DNA of 61,182 bases, counting the filler, from Coriobacteriales bacterium (GTDB lineage: Bacteria > Actinomycetota > Coriobacteriia > Coriobacteriales > UBA8131), in the NCBI GenBank assembly GCA_031263105.1. It is 7 parts of 7 records of this genome, joined end to end, with 100 filler letters (N's around TTAATTAATTAA, not from the genome) between each part and the next. Parts side by side here need not be neighbours in the genome. Positions count along the whole stretch, not along the records: positions 1 to 9,969 come from JAISGJ010000229.1; positions 10,070 to 18,512 come from JAISGJ010000233.1; positions 18,613 to 23,473 come from JAISGJ010000028.1; 4 more parts are not named here. One strand, written 5' to 3'. Position numbers and translations under genes: made by a program. The number at the start of each line of letters is the position of its first letter. The stretch's first letter is position 1. Of the stretch, positions 9,312 through 20,244 are shown in pieces. The notes below the pieces were generated by a model. It searched no databases. It saw only the letters and a program-made list of their open reading frames with translations, and was not told where the DNA came from.

Positions 9312-9969
9312 ATGAAGCGGCTCGGCCCCGTTGCGGACCCCACCGTCGACGCGACCGGTGCCCAGCAGGCGGAAGACTATCTCTTCGGCCCGTGGACCAA
9401 TGAGGGCACGCTCAGCCTCAAGGGGCTTCTCGACTCTTTCGGCGGCGAGACGCTCACCGTGACCGTCTGGTTCGAGGACGGCCATCAATCCACCGTGGCC
9501 ATCGGGCTCGATTCCGTGGACGTCAAGTGCAGGCCGGTCTACGCCGACGTCGATGACGGTCACGGCCCGTATCGGCAGCGCATCGGCACGGAGTTCACCG
9601 ACGAGGTCGTCGAGCCGGATGCCCTGACCGAGCAGCAGCTCGAAGAGATCTACGACGCAGGCTACGAGATCGTCCACACCCTGCGCGGCACCGTCATCGA
9701 CAGCTCGACCTCTGTCAGCGGGCAAGTTACTGGTCACACCCTCCACGGACACCCCACTGTCGCCCCGGGCCCCGCTGCCGCCCCGGGCCCCGCTGCCGCC
9801 CCGGGCCCCGCTGCCGCCCCGGGCCCCGCTGCCGCCCCGGGTCCCGCTGTCGCCCCGGGTCCCGCTGTCGCCCCGGGCCCCACTGACGCCCCGGGTCCCG
9901 CTGTCTCCCCGAGTCCCGCTTTCAACCCGGGTCCGGCAGAGCCCACTGGACCCGCACTAGGCGCCGCTC
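9312..9969 (+). CDS. Hypothetical protein, 3' partial, with Pro/Ala-rich repeat tail
   Basis: Open frame with host-like codon usage to the contig end; no recognised motif; start uncertain. Confidence 0.5.
9726..9935. repeat. Element left end (copy 3) followed by an 18-nt tandem repeat
   Basis: gttactggtcacaccctccacggacaccccactgtc (matches the reverse complement of the copy 4 right end), then about 9 copies of cccgctgycgccccgggy. Confidence 0.8.
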
Positions 9970-10069
9970 NNNNNNNNNNNNNNNNNNNNNNNNNNNNNNN
10001 NNNNNNNNNNNNNTTAATTAATTAANNNNNNNNNNNNNNNNNNNNNNNNNNNNNNNNNNNNNNNNNNNN
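9970..10069. other. Artificial contig linker
   Basis: N-run, TTAATTAATTAA, N-run. Confidence 0.98.
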
Positions 10070-10690
<621 letters not shown>

Positions 10691-10781
10691 GATCGTGCCC
10701 CCCGGACTAAGAGTGCAGTGGGAACGGGCAGCACCCCTTGCGGCTGCGGTCGCCGTATCGGCCCGGCAACCTTCCTCTGCA

Positions 10782-11105
10782 TCAGCGGTATAATACCATT
10801 TTTCCGTGCGTCATGCGTTGGGCAAGATCGGCAATCCTGCCGTAGCTCATGCAGCCTGCCTGGCAGTGCTGCACGCAGCTGGGCTGCTTCCCCGCCTGTA
10901 CGCGTGCGACGCACAGGTCGCAGCGCTCGGTAGGCATAGGGAGAAAGTCATACTGCCACCTGCGTCCGGCGATCTGTTCCGGCCCCTGCTGCTTTAAGGC
11001 GATGCCGGACACGCCCGGATCAAAGCCGTGCTCGACCTGACAGCTCACTTCGCAGCTGTGGCAGCCGGTGCAATACAGGTAGTCTATCAACAGTCCGTGG
11101 TCCAT
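10782..11105 (-). CDS. 4Fe-4S small subunit of molybdoenzyme
   Basis: GGAGG RBS; CTGCHSCEVSC, CDLC, PSCVQHCQAGC. Confidence 0.9.
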   Translation of the reverse strand: MDHGLLIDYLYCTGCHSCEVSCQVEHGFDPGVSGIALKQQGPEQIAGRRWQYDFLPMPTERCDLCVARVQAGKQPSCVQHCQAGCMSYGRIADLAQRMTHGKMVLYR

Positions 11106-11127
11106 GGTCGCCTCCCTCGATCCTTCC

Positions 11128-13527
11128 TCACTCCGTCGCTGTCGTTGCGTCGAGCGCATCAAGGCTCGCCTCGACACCCGCCGGCGCATCCGTTCTGCTC
11201 ACCCGGCAAAGCTGTGACTTGTAGGAATTGCAGTACCCCGACTTTCCCGGTCGCATGGGGAGCAGCTGGTTGACATTGACGTCCATTACTCCAAAGAGCG
11301 TGCCGTCGCCCTGTTCGCGCTCCGGGAACCACCAGCCGTGGTCGGCCGAGACCGTGTCCTCGCGGATGCGCGGCGAGAGCTCGGCGCGCATCTTGCAGGA
11401 TCCGAAGCTGTTCTCAAGAAGCATCCAGTCGCCTTGGGCGATGCCGTGTCGAGCGGCTGTCCTGGGGTGCAGCATCGCCTGCGGCCAAGGCGCGAAGCGG
11501 CGAAGCGTGGGCGACTGTCGGTGCTCGGAGTGAAAGTATCCCCAGCGCCTTGCGCCGGTGGTCAGCACCAGCGGGTACTGCTCGGCCAGCTCGGGCGTGG
11601 AAAGCGGGCTCTCCAGCGGCTCTTCGTAATACGAGAGCGCCTCGAGGCCAAAGTGCTCCAACGCCATGCAGTGGAACTCGTAGCGCCCGGTCTGCGTGTT
11701 GAAGCCCGGGTGACCGTCAGGGCGCAGAAGGCCCTTCTCGTGCTTGTGATACTCGAACTCGGGATAGGCCCAGGTGCGCTGTCTCATCTCCTTGTAGCTA
11801 AAGGGCGCGTCGCGCAGGATCCAGTCGTAGAACTGCTCCTCGCTCTCCCAAGGGCTGGCAGCCCTGCCGACTGCCTCGCCCGAACGCGCCGTCCAGAAGT
11901 GGCGCGCGAACTCAAAGATGATCTGCTGGTCGCTCTTGCACTCGCCGGCCGGCTCGGTTGCCTGGGCAATGGCGCCCAGATAGTAGGGATGGTGCCCCGT
12001 GAGGCCCGGACGCTCGGTAAAGCAGGCTGCGGGCAGCACGACATCGGCGAGCGCCATGGCCGTAGGAGTCATAAAGAGATCCACCACCACATTGAAGTCG
12101 GTGCCCCGCAAGGCTGAAAGCAGGCGTTGCGGCTCGGCGCCCATACAGGCAAGCGTGTTGTTGGTCTGAAGCCAGACTCCCTTGACGGGATAGTCGCCCT
12201 CAAGCGGCTGGCTCCCCTCGCCGAGGCCCACTACGGCCCTGCCGGTCTCCAAGGCCTTGAGCATCTCATCGTTGCTGGGCATCCCCAAGGCCCCCACAGC
12301 GGGATAAGGGCCGGTGAGCCGCTTGTCGAGCCCTGGGTTTCCGGGCACGTCCAGTGCCTGTATCGCCTTTTGCGAGGCCAGCCAGGGCTCTTCCACACCG
12401 AAGCATGGGCGCGCGGCCACCATCGAGCCGGGCCTCTCGAAATTGCCCGTCAGGGCCAGCAGGTCGAACATGGTCATGCCCGTATAGAAGCCCTCGGTGG
12501 TATGGTCCACGGCCACGCCCCATTGCAGGCAGGCGCTTGAGGCTGCGGCTATGGTGCGGGCGGTCTCCTCGATCAGGTCGGCGTCGATGCCGCAGACATC
12601 GGCGGCGTATGCGGGCGTGTAACGCGCTACGCTTGCGGCGAACTCCTCAAAGCCATAGGTCCAGCGGTCGATGAAGTCCCAGTCGTAGAGCTGTTCTCGC
12701 ACGATCACATTGCAGAGGGCAAGCGCCAGAGAGGCATCGGTGCCCGGACGTACCTGCAGCCAATGCTTGGCACGGCCGGCCAGCCAGGTGAGCTTGGGAT
12801 CCACACAGACGATCTCGCTGCCGCGCTTCATGCATTCCACGACCCAATGGCCCAGCGTGCCGTCAGAATTGGCGACCACGGGGTTGTTGCCCCAGATGAC
12901 GATGACGCCGGGCGGCCGCCAGCGCGGATCCTCGTAGCGCTCGGGCATGAATTGAGAGTAGTCGCAGACAAAGGCGTCTCCCGCCTTGAAGAACATCATC
13001 ATCAGGCGCGGCGCATAGCAGCCTTGGCCGGAAAGGAAGCCCATGCCGTAGTTGGGCGTGCCGACAAGGCGGGCGAGCATGGGGCCATAGCCGTTGATGT
13101 CGCGTCCCGTGCCCTGGGTCACGTTGATGGCCTGGGTGCCGTACCTGTCGATGATGGCGCCGAACTCCGTGGTGATGCGCTCGAAGGCCTCGTCCCAACT
13201 GCAGCGCTCAAAGCTGTCCTGCCCGCGCTCGCTGCGTTTGCGCTGCAGGGGATACAATAGGCGCCTGGGATGCTCGATCATCTCCTTGGCGGCCAGGCAG
13301 CGCAGGCACAGGCGTCCCTGGTTGTAGGGGTTCTCGGGGTCACCCTCTATCTTTTGCAGTCTGCCGTCCTTGGTGTAGAGGAGCACGCCGCAGCTGTCGT
13401 GGCAACCGGGGCCTGTGCGGGCGTTGCTGCGAATGACGGTGCAGCCGTCCTCTTCCCATGTCCATCTGCGACCGACGGGGTCGTCTTGGGTGACGGTGGC
13501 GCTGCTGATGGTCTCATCGGCGATCAT
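11128..13527 (-). CDS. DMSO-reductase-family molybdopterin oxidoreductase, no Tat signal
   Basis: AGGAG RBS; GPGCHDSCG...GRLC Fe-S motif, HPRRLLYP, RPGTD, DLFMTPTA..AD.VLP, YPLVLTTG, FHSEHRQ, HGWWFPE. Confidence 0.92.
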   Translation of the reverse strand: MIADETISSATVTQDDPVGRRWTWEEDGCTVIRSNARTGPGCHDSCGVLLYTKDGRLQKIEGDPENPYNQGRLCLRCLAAKEMIEHPRRLLYPLQRKRSERGQDSFERCSWDEAFERITTEFGAIIDRYGTQAINVTQGTGRDINGYGPMLARLVGTPNYGMGFLSGQGCYAPRLMMMFFKAGDAFVCDYSQFMPERYEDPRWRPPGVIVIWGNNPVVANSDGTLGHWVVECMKRGSEIVCVDPKLTWLAGRAKHWLQVRPGTDASLALALCNVIVREQLYDWDFIDRWTYGFEEFAASVARYTPAYAADVCGIDADLIEETARTIAAASSACLQWGVAVDHTTEGFYTGMTMFDLLALTGNFERPGSMVAARPCFGVEEPWLASQKAIQALDVPGNPGLDKRLTGPYPAVGALGMPSNDEMLKALETGRAVVGLGEGSQPLEGDYPVKGVWLQTNNTLACMGAEPQRLLSALRGTDFNVVVDLFMTPTAMALADVVLPAACFTERPGLTGHHPYYLGAIAQATEPAGECKSDQQIIFEFARHFWTARSGEAVGRAASPWESEEQFYDWILRDAPFSYKEMRQRTWAYPEFEYHKHEKGLLRPDGHPGFNTQTGRYEFHCMALEHFGLEALSYYEEPLESPLSTPELAEQYPLVLTTGARRWGYFHSEHRQSPTLRRFAPWPQAMLHPRTAARHGIAQGDWMLLENSFGSCKMRAELSPRIREDTVSADHGWWFPEREQGDGTLFGVMDVNVNQLLPMRPGKSGYCNSYKSQLCRVSRTDAPAGVEASLDALDATTATE

Positions 13528-13917
13528 GTCTGCTCCTGCTGTTCTGATCGTGGCCGCACTCTCGTGGCCGTGCCCTGCGCCTTGCACGGTGGATGCCTGT
13601 GCGCATCGGCTCACGGTCGGCGCTTCGCGGCGGTCTCTGGGAACCTCTACTGTACGTCCTCGGCAGGCCCTGTCAATATGTGCGGCCTGCGGAGGCTTTT
13701 ACAGTATCCACCGGCAGGCGCTGCCAGCTTTACACAGGAGGAGAAGCGTAAGGCTCCGCGCAATCAATCGCGCGGTATGTCTGTTGCCAGCACACGGCAG
13801 GGCAGTGCATAGTCGTACCCAGCAGCTGCAAGCGCGCAATGATCAAGCGGCACTGCGACGCGTCGAAAGTCCCATAGTTGAGAGCCCGATACCTTCCATC
13901 AACTGTTTGGAGGCATT

Positions 13918-15183
13918 ATGACACGCACGAGTGGTACCGGCGCTGCTGCCAGGCTTTCCCTCCTCAACCTGGTCGGCATCTTCGGCCTGTTCTCGTTCAT
14001 GGCCGAGTTCACCATCATGACGCCGTCGATAGCGGCGTTCTCGGCACACTTCGACGGCACTCCCTTCACCACTATCATGTTGGCCAATACCATAACCGGC
14101 GTCATCGGCATCCCCATGAGCATCATCGCGGGGGTGACGGTCAACAAGGTGGGCTACCGGCCCATGGCCATCGTCGGCTCGCTGGTCATGATCTTTGGCG
14201 GCGCCTTCCCGTTCCTGATGCCCGACCTTGCGGAGTACTGGCCCGTCATCTTCTCGCGCGTGCTCGTGGGCATCGGCTACGGCCTGATATTCCCGCTCGG
14301 CGGCGCGCTCTTCATCCTCTACTTCAAGGGCAAGAAGCGCTCGCAGCTCCTAGGCGCCGGCGTTATGGTGCAGTTCGGCTTCGCCATCCTCTTCTCGCTG
14401 GTGGCAGGCTTCCTCACCGAGATCGGCTGGAACTACAGCTTCCTCACCTATCTGATCTCACTCGTGCCCTTCGTCTTTGTGGCGGCGTTTCTGCCCGAGG
14501 GCAAGCACCTGGGCATCGAGGCGGAGAAGGCCAAGGCGCAGGCGTCCGCAGGCAGCGTCAAGGAGAGGATCCCCAACGCGACCTATGCCTACATCGTCGT
14601 CTTCGGCCTCGTCATGTGGATGATGTACATCGTCGTGCAGTTCCTTGCCGCCATCCTGCTGCAGGAGCGCAGCATCGGCGACGCAGGCGCCGCCGGCATG
14701 ATGGCGTCGTGCTTCTGCTTGGGCAATGTGGTCTCCGGTCTGCTGTTCGCCCAGTTCGTGGGCCTGTTCAAGAGCCGCATCTTCGGCATCTTCGGCCTCG
14801 TTGCAGCCGTCGGCCTGCTCTTGGCGTATCTGGCGACCGGCTCGAGCGGTGCCCTGATGTACGCTGCGGGCGCGTTCCTGATCGGCTTGGGCGGCTCCAC
14901 GGTCTATGTGGCCGCGCAGAACTCCATCGGCAACATCTCGCCCAAGGCCCGCGTGCCCTTTACCAACGGCCTGCTCACTGCGGCAATGAACCTGGCCTCG
15001 TTCTTCGTGGCGTACTGGATAGTCTTCGGCCAGGCCGTCATGCCCGACCTCGGCACCGCCGCCCCGCTTGCGATCAGCGCGGCCTGTGTGGCCGCAATCT
15101 CGCTCGTCTGCGCCTTCATCCCCTTCAAGGCCATACGCAAGGGCATACAGGCGTCGGACGAGGAGGATGCCGCGTCGGCGTAG
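13918..15183 (+). CDS. MFS transporter
   Basis: GGAGG RBS; about 12 hydrophobic segments; G.TVNKVGYR motif A variant. Confidence 0.9.
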   Translation: MTRTSGTGAAARLSLLNLVGIFGLFSFMAEFTIMTPSIAAFSAHFDGTPFTTIMLANTITGVIGIPMSIIAGVTVNKVGYRPMAIVGSLVMIFGGAFPFLMPDLAEYWPVIFSRVLVGIGYGLIFPLGGALFILYFKGKKRSQLLGAGVMVQFGFAILFSLVAGFLTEIGWNYSFLTYLISLVPFVFVAAFLPEGKHLGIEAEKAKAQASAGSVKERIPNATYAYIVVFGLVMWMMYIVVQFLAAILLQERSIGDAGAAGMMASCFCLGNVVSGLLFAQFVGLFKSRIFGIFGLVAAVGLLLAYLATGSSGALMYAAGAFLIGLGGSTVYVAAQNSIGNISPKARVPFTNGLLTAAMNLASFFVAYWIVFGQAVMPDLGTAAPLAISAACVAAISLVCAFIPFKAIRKGIQASDEEDAASA

Positions 15184-15218
15184 GCGGACGTGTCCCCCAC
15201 AGCCCCGACCGGCATCTC

Positions 15219-15446
15219 GTTACTGCTCACGCCCCACTGTCATTCCGAGCCTGTCGAGGAATCTTTGGTCGCGAAGCGACCAACAGTAGGTCGGGAGATC
15301 TTTCGACGTGCGGTCGGCCGCTGGTGCGTTCCATGGGCCTGTCGCGCCGTCCTCGCTGAAAACGCGGTGCGTTTTCCGGGCGCTCGGACCCGAAGATTCC
15401 TCGACAGGCTCGGAATGACAGTGGGGTGTCCGTGGAGGGTGTGACC
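15219..15446. mobile_element. GTTAC-TIR palindromic element, copy 4
   Basis: gttactgctcacgccccactgtcattccgagcctgtcgaggaatct ... agattcctcgacaggctcggaatgacagtggggtgtccgtggagggtgtgacc. Confidence 0.9.
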
Positions 15447-15482
15447 TCCCTTGAGCCCCTTAGAAAAGAACAGGAGTACATC

Positions 15483-18167
15483 ATGGCCGAACTGCCCCCG
15501 AACTGCCCCAACAACTATATCGACGAGAACGGCATCCGATGGCGCTACACGCACTGCTTCATGTGCCATATGGCCTGCCGGATGATCGCCGGCACCAAGA
15601 ACCCCGACACCCCCGAGGAGCGTGTGGTCGAGGTCAGGAGCGTCGACGGCTACCCCCTCTGCGACCGCATCGGCGAGAAGGGCATCAACGCCATCAAGCA
15701 GCACTACCACCCCAAGCGCATCAACCACGCCCTGAAGCGCGTGGGCCCCAAGGGCAGCGACCGCTTCGAGCGCATCTCCTACGACCAGGCGTTGGATGAG
15801 ATCGCCGCCAAACTGGACGAGCTGCGGACGGAGTTCGGCCCTGAATGCGTCATGGCCGCCGAAGGCACCTACCGCTCCGACCATATGTGGGCGCGCAGCC
15901 GCTTCTTCAACCTCTTCGGCAATCCGGGCAACATCATCGACCCGGGCACCATATGCTGGTGCTACACCTACACGGTCAACATGGCGATGGTGGGCTGGCC
16001 TATAGAGACCACGCTGCCCGCGACCGTGCCCTACTCCAACTGCATCGTCATCTGGGGCATCCGTCCCGACGAGAAATGCGACAAGCACGGGCCGCTCTGG
16101 CGCGCCCTGCGCATGGCGCTCGACCGCGAGGGCGAGCGTCCGGCGCTCATCGTGATAGACCCCGTCGCCACCTCGCTGGTGCGCGAGGCAGACCATTTCC
16201 TCTGCATCAAGCCCGGCACCGACCTCTACATGCAGATGACCTGGGTGGGCGAGATCATCCGCAACGGGCTCTACGACAAGGAGTTCGTCAAGAGCTACAC
16301 CAACGCGCCGTTTTTGGTGCGCAAGGACAACAACCTCTTCGTCCGAGGCTGCGACGTGGATGCCGACGGAAAGTTCGAGGACTTTGTGGCCTGGAACGAC
16401 GCGTCCTTTGTTGAGGGCGGCGGGCCTGCCGTATGGTGCTCGGACGAGAACCGCTACTATGTGGAGAAGGACGGCGGCAGCGTCGACGCGCCCATCGAGG
16501 GCGAGCATGTCGTCACCTTGGCGGACGGCTCCGAGGTCGCCGTCTGGACGGTCTTTGACGCCATCAGCGAGCGGGCCTTGGAGTACACGCCCGAGGAGGC
16601 CGAGCGCGTCTGCGGCGTCCCCGCCCGTGTGACCAGCGCTGCCATCGACACCTATGCCACCACCCAGCCGGGCGTCATCGCCTGGGGCATCGGCGGCGGC
16701 GACGGAGAGGGCCCCAACGCCCACGGGACCACCATCGCCAAGACCCTGCTGCGCTGCCTGACCGGCAACATCGACATCGTGGGCGGCGAGTACATCGCCA
16801 TCCCCGGTCCTGTGGGCCCCAACGGCGAGAAGTACTTCCCCGTGCGCGACTCCGAGCTGGAGATGCCGGACATCGTCTCGCCCGAGGCCCGCGCCAAGTT
16901 CCTGGGCAACGACCAGTTCCGCGTCATGAGCTGGAAGGCCTTCGAGAAGGGCGATGCCGTCTTCAAGAAGAACCTCTTCATCAACCGTCCGCAGCAGCAC
17001 CAGATGCTCGTGACGCCGTCCCTGTGCTGGAAGGCCATCCTCGAGGAGGACCCATATCCCATCAAGGCGATGATCTGCTACACCTCGAACCCCCTGGTCT
17101 GGGCGCCCAACACCAAGCGCGTCTACGAGGCCATGAAGAAGCTGGAGCTTCTGGTGGTCTGCGAGTACTGGAAGACCCCCACGGCCGCCATCGCCGACTA
17201 CATCATGCCGGCCGCCGGCTGGCTGGAGCGTCCCTACGCGTCGACCGTCGAGGACTCGCTGGACTTCTTCGACGGCGGCGACCGCGTGGTGAGGCCGCTT
17301 TACGACCGTCACCTCGACTTCGACTTCTTTGCCGAGCTCGGCCGCCGTTTGGGCCAGGAGGACCATTGGCAGTGGGAGACCTACGAGGACCTCATCAAAT
17401 ACCGCATCGAGCGTGTCGGCTGGGACTACGAGACCTTCATGAGCTACGGCTCCATCCCGCCCGCCGACGGCATGCGCGAGCTGAAGTACACAGAGGAGCT
17501 TCCCAACGGCCAGATCCGCGGCTTTGTGACCCCGTCGCGCAAGGCCGAGATGATGCCGAGCATCATCCAGGAGTGCGACTACGACCCCATCCCGCGCTAC
17601 ACGCACATGCCCGAAAGCGAGCTCGGGTCACCGGAGAAGCTGGCAAAGTACCCGTTGAACCTGACCACCGGCGGCCGCTTCACGCCGATGTACCACTCCG
17701 AGCAGCGCGTGCCCGGCTACGGCAACCGCTCGCAGTTCCCTTGGCCGCTTGTCAAGATCAACATGCACGACGCCAAGCTCTACGGCATCCGCGAAGGCGA
17801 CTGGGTGTGGATAGAGACCGAGCGCGGCCGCGTCCAGATGAAGGCCTGGCTGGGCTGGGACATCCGTCAGGGATCGGTGCAGGCGCAGGCCAGCTGGTGG
17901 TATCCCGAGATGCCGGCCGAGGAGCCGTGGAGCCAGGGCCTGTTCATGGCCAACGTCAATGTGCTGACCGACGACGCCGAGGACACGCTGGACGAGTGCA
18001 CCGGCTCGTGGATAACGCGCGGCCTGCTCTGCCGCATCTATCCCGTGGTCGATCCCGCCGACCGCTCCGACCAGGTGGTCGACCTGGACGCCTTCATCGA
18101 CGGCGGCACCCCGGGCGGCGACTACTGGCGCGACGTCTACCGCAGGCTCGACCCCAACGTGGAGTAG
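15483..18167 (+). CDS. DMSO-reductase-family molybdopterin oxidoreductase, no Tat signal
   Basis: AGGAG RBS; CFMCHMAC...PLC, KPGTD, TPTAAIADYIMP, YPLNLTTGGR, YHSEQR, SWWYPE. Confidence 0.92.
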   Translation: MAELPPNCPNNYIDENGIRWRYTHCFMCHMACRMIAGTKNPDTPEERVVEVRSVDGYPLCDRIGEKGINAIKQHYHPKRINHALKRVGPKGSDRFERISYDQALDEIAAKLDELRTEFGPECVMAAEGTYRSDHMWARSRFFNLFGNPGNIIDPGTICWCYTYTVNMAMVGWPIETTLPATVPYSNCIVIWGIRPDEKCDKHGPLWRALRMALDREGERPALIVIDPVATSLVREADHFLCIKPGTDLYMQMTWVGEIIRNGLYDKEFVKSYTNAPFLVRKDNNLFVRGCDVDADGKFEDFVAWNDASFVEGGGPAVWCSDENRYYVEKDGGSVDAPIEGEHVVTLADGSEVAVWTVFDAISERALEYTPEEAERVCGVPARVTSAAIDTYATTQPGVIAWGIGGGDGEGPNAHGTTIAKTLLRCLTGNIDIVGGEYIAIPGPVGPNGEKYFPVRDSELEMPDIVSPEARAKFLGNDQFRVMSWKAFEKGDAVFKKNLFINRPQQHQMLVTPSLCWKAILEEDPYPIKAMICYTSNPLVWAPNTKRVYEAMKKLELLVVCEYWKTPTAAIADYIMPAAGWLERPYASTVEDSLDFFDGGDRVVRPLYDRHLDFDFFAELGRRLGQEDHWQWETYEDLIKYRIERVGWDYETFMSYGSIPPADGMRELKYTEELPNGQIRGFVTPSRKAEMMPSIIQECDYDPIPRYTHMPESELGSPEKLAKYPLNLTTGGRFTPMYHSEQRVPGYGNRSQFPWPLVKINMHDAKLYGIREGDWVWIETERGRVQMKAWLGWDIRQGSVQAQASWWYPEMPAEEPWSQGLFMANVNVLTDDAEDTLDECTGSWITRGLLCRIYPVVDPADRSDQVVDLDAFIDGGTPGGDYWRDVYRRLDPNVE

Positions 18168-18179
18168 GGGTCGGATTAC

Positions 18180-18512
18180 GTTACTGACACCATGTGTTCA
18201 CACCCCACTGTCATTCCGAGTTCCACCGAGGAATCTTTGGACACGCAGTGTCCAACGGTAGGCCAGGGGAGCCTTCGACCTGCGGTCGGCTGCTCCGCGT
18301 TCCGTGGGCCTGTCGGTTCCATGGGCTCACCCGCTCAGGGGCTCACCCGCTGCTCCGCAGCTTCGCCCGGAAACAGCACACTGTGCTGTTTCCCAGTCCG
18401 CCGGACCGTCGCGCCGTCCTCGCTGAAAACGCGGTGCGTTTTCCGGGCGCTCGGACCCGAAGATCCCTCGGCTGCGGGGCCTTGCCCCTCCGCTCGGGAT
18501 GACAGTGGGGGG
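18180..18512. mobile_element. GTTAC-TIR palindromic element, copy 5 (reaches contig end)
   Basis: gttactgacac...caccccactgtcattccgag ... ctcgggatgacagtgggg; shares internal modules with copy 2 in the opposite orientation. Confidence 0.9.
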
Positions 18513-18612
18513 NNNNNNNNNNNNNNNNNNNNNNNNNNNNNNNNNNNNNNNNNNNNTTAATTAATTAANNNNNNNNNNNNNNNNNNNNNNNNNNNNNNNN
18601 NNNNNNNNNNNN
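18513..18612. other. Artificial contig linker
   Basis: N-run, TTAATTAATTAA, N-run. Confidence 0.98.
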
Positions 18613-18699
18613 TGGGGCGCCTCCGTCGTAATCGTTTTACCCCCTTCCCGCATATACATCGTCACCTCATGTGGGGGCTGGGGGACGCCCCCCCCCCCC

Positions 18700-18975
18700 C
18701 CCCCCCACTGCCGCTCCGCGCCCCCACTGCCGCTCCGCCCCCACTGCCGCTCCGCCCCCACTGCCGCTCCGCCCCCACTGTCATCCCGAGCCTGTCGAGG
18801 AATCTTTGATCGTGAAGCGATCAACTGCGATCGGGAGGCGCACCTGTCCGCGGTCGACCGCGGGCGCGGTCGAGGATCCCTCGGCAGGCTCGGGATGACA
18901 GTGGGGGGCGCGGAGCGGCAGTGGGGGCGGAGCGGCAGTGGGGCCGGGATGACAGTGGGGGGTGCGAACTGAAAC
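18700..18975. mobile_element. GTTAC-TIR palindromic element, copy 6, with mirrored 17-nt tandem repeats
   Basis: (cccccactgccgctccg)x4 - cactgtcatcccgagc ... gctcgggatgacagtg - (cggagcggcagtgggg)x2 ... ggtgcgaactgaaac. Confidence 0.85.
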
Positions 18976-19109
18976 GCCAATCGGTACTCTCCAAAGGAAA
19001 AACGGCTCCTTCTCTTGACCCTGCGAGGGGGTCTGTTACTATTTCTAGCATGGGTTTTTAGGTCGAGAACGTGCCGTCCCATGCAAGTAGACGCAGTTGG
19101 AGGATGTCA

Positions 19110-20237
19110 ATGCCCGAATTTTCTGGCCGGGAGCATTTAGCCGTTATCAAAGTGGTGGGGGTCGGTGGCGGCGGAAGCAACGCCGTCAACCGAATGATAG
19201 AAGCCGGTATCAAGGGCGTTGAGTTCGTGGCGATCAACACGGACCGCCAGGCGTTGCTGATGTCGGATGCCGACGCGACCGTCCATATCGGCGAGGACCT
19301 GACGAGAGGGCTCGGCGCAGGTGCGAACCCCGAGATAGGGGCCCAGGCCGCCGAGGAGAGCCGTGCCGAGATACGCGAGGCGCTTGCAGGCGCCGACATG
19401 GTGTTCATCACTGCGGGGGAGGGAGGCGGGACCGGGACCGGCGCCGCCCCCATCGTCGCAGAGATCGCACGTGAGGAGATAGGCGCGCTGACGGTCGGCG
19501 TCGTCACCAAGCCCTTCGGCTTCGAGGGGCGCAAGAGGCGCATGCAGGCCGAGGACGGCATCGCGCTGCTCGGCGAGAAGGTCGACACCCTCATCGTCAT
19601 CCCGAACGACCGCCTGCTCCAAATCGTCGAGAAGAAGACCTCCATGCTCGATGCCTTCCGCATCGCCGACGACATCCTGCGCCAGGGCACCCAGGGCATC
19701 ACGGACCTCATCACCATCCCCGGCCTTATCAACCTCGACTTCGCCGACGTGCGCACGGTCATGAAGAACGCCGGCACCGCCATGATGGGCATCGGCATCG
19801 CGTCGGGGGAGAACCGCGCGGTCGAGGCGGCGACGTCCGCCATCTCCAGCAAGCTGCTCGAGGCCTCCATCACCGGCGCGAACCGCATCCTGGTCTCCGT
19901 CGCAGGCGCCTCGGACATGGGGCTCATCGAGGTCTCGGAAGCCGCCGACACGGTCACCGAGGCGGCCGACCCCGACGCCATCATCATCTTCGGTTCCGTC
20001 ATCGACGACACCTTGGACGACCAGGTGCGGGTCACGGTCATCGCAACGGGCTTCAACGACCAGAACACCCAGGGCTCGCTCGACTTCGGCAGCGCGCCCT
20101 CCTTCTCGCAGCGGGACGGCGAGTATGCCTCCTTCGCGCCCCTCTCGACGCTCACGGCCGCCGAGGGTGCGGGCGCCTCCGGCGGGGCCGTGCTCGACGA
20201 GGACTATATCCCGGACTTCCTCAAGCGTGGGTTCTGA
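19110..20237 (+). CDS. ftsZ: Cell division protein FtsZ
   Basis: [30 protein letters not shown]-terminal IPDFL. Confidence 0.98.
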   Translation: MPEFSGREHLAVIKVVGVGGGGSNAVNRMIEAGIKGVEFVAINTDRQALLMSDADATVHIGEDLTRGLGAGANPEIGAQAAEESRAEIREALAGADMVFITAGEGGGTGTGAAPIVAEIAREEIGALTVGVVTKPFGFEGRKRRMQAEDGIALLGEKVDTLIVIPNDRLLQIVEKKTSMLDAFRIADDILRQGTQGITDLITIPGLINLDFADVRTVMKNAGTAMMGIGIASGENRAVEAATSAISSKLLEASITGANRILVSVAGASDMGLIEVSEAADTVTEAADPDAIIIFGSVIDDTLDDQVRVTVIATGFNDQNTQGSLDFGSAPSFSQRDGEYASFAPLSTLTAAEGAGASGGAVLDEDYIPDFLKRGF

Positions 20238-20244
20238 CGGGGAC

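Noticed and set aside
15240..17606. Long antisense ORFs (also 23526-25964, 36233-38164, 45918-47834, 47967-49820, 49805-51583, 57281-58909)
   Set aside because: Typical high-GC shadow frames opposite well-supported genes.
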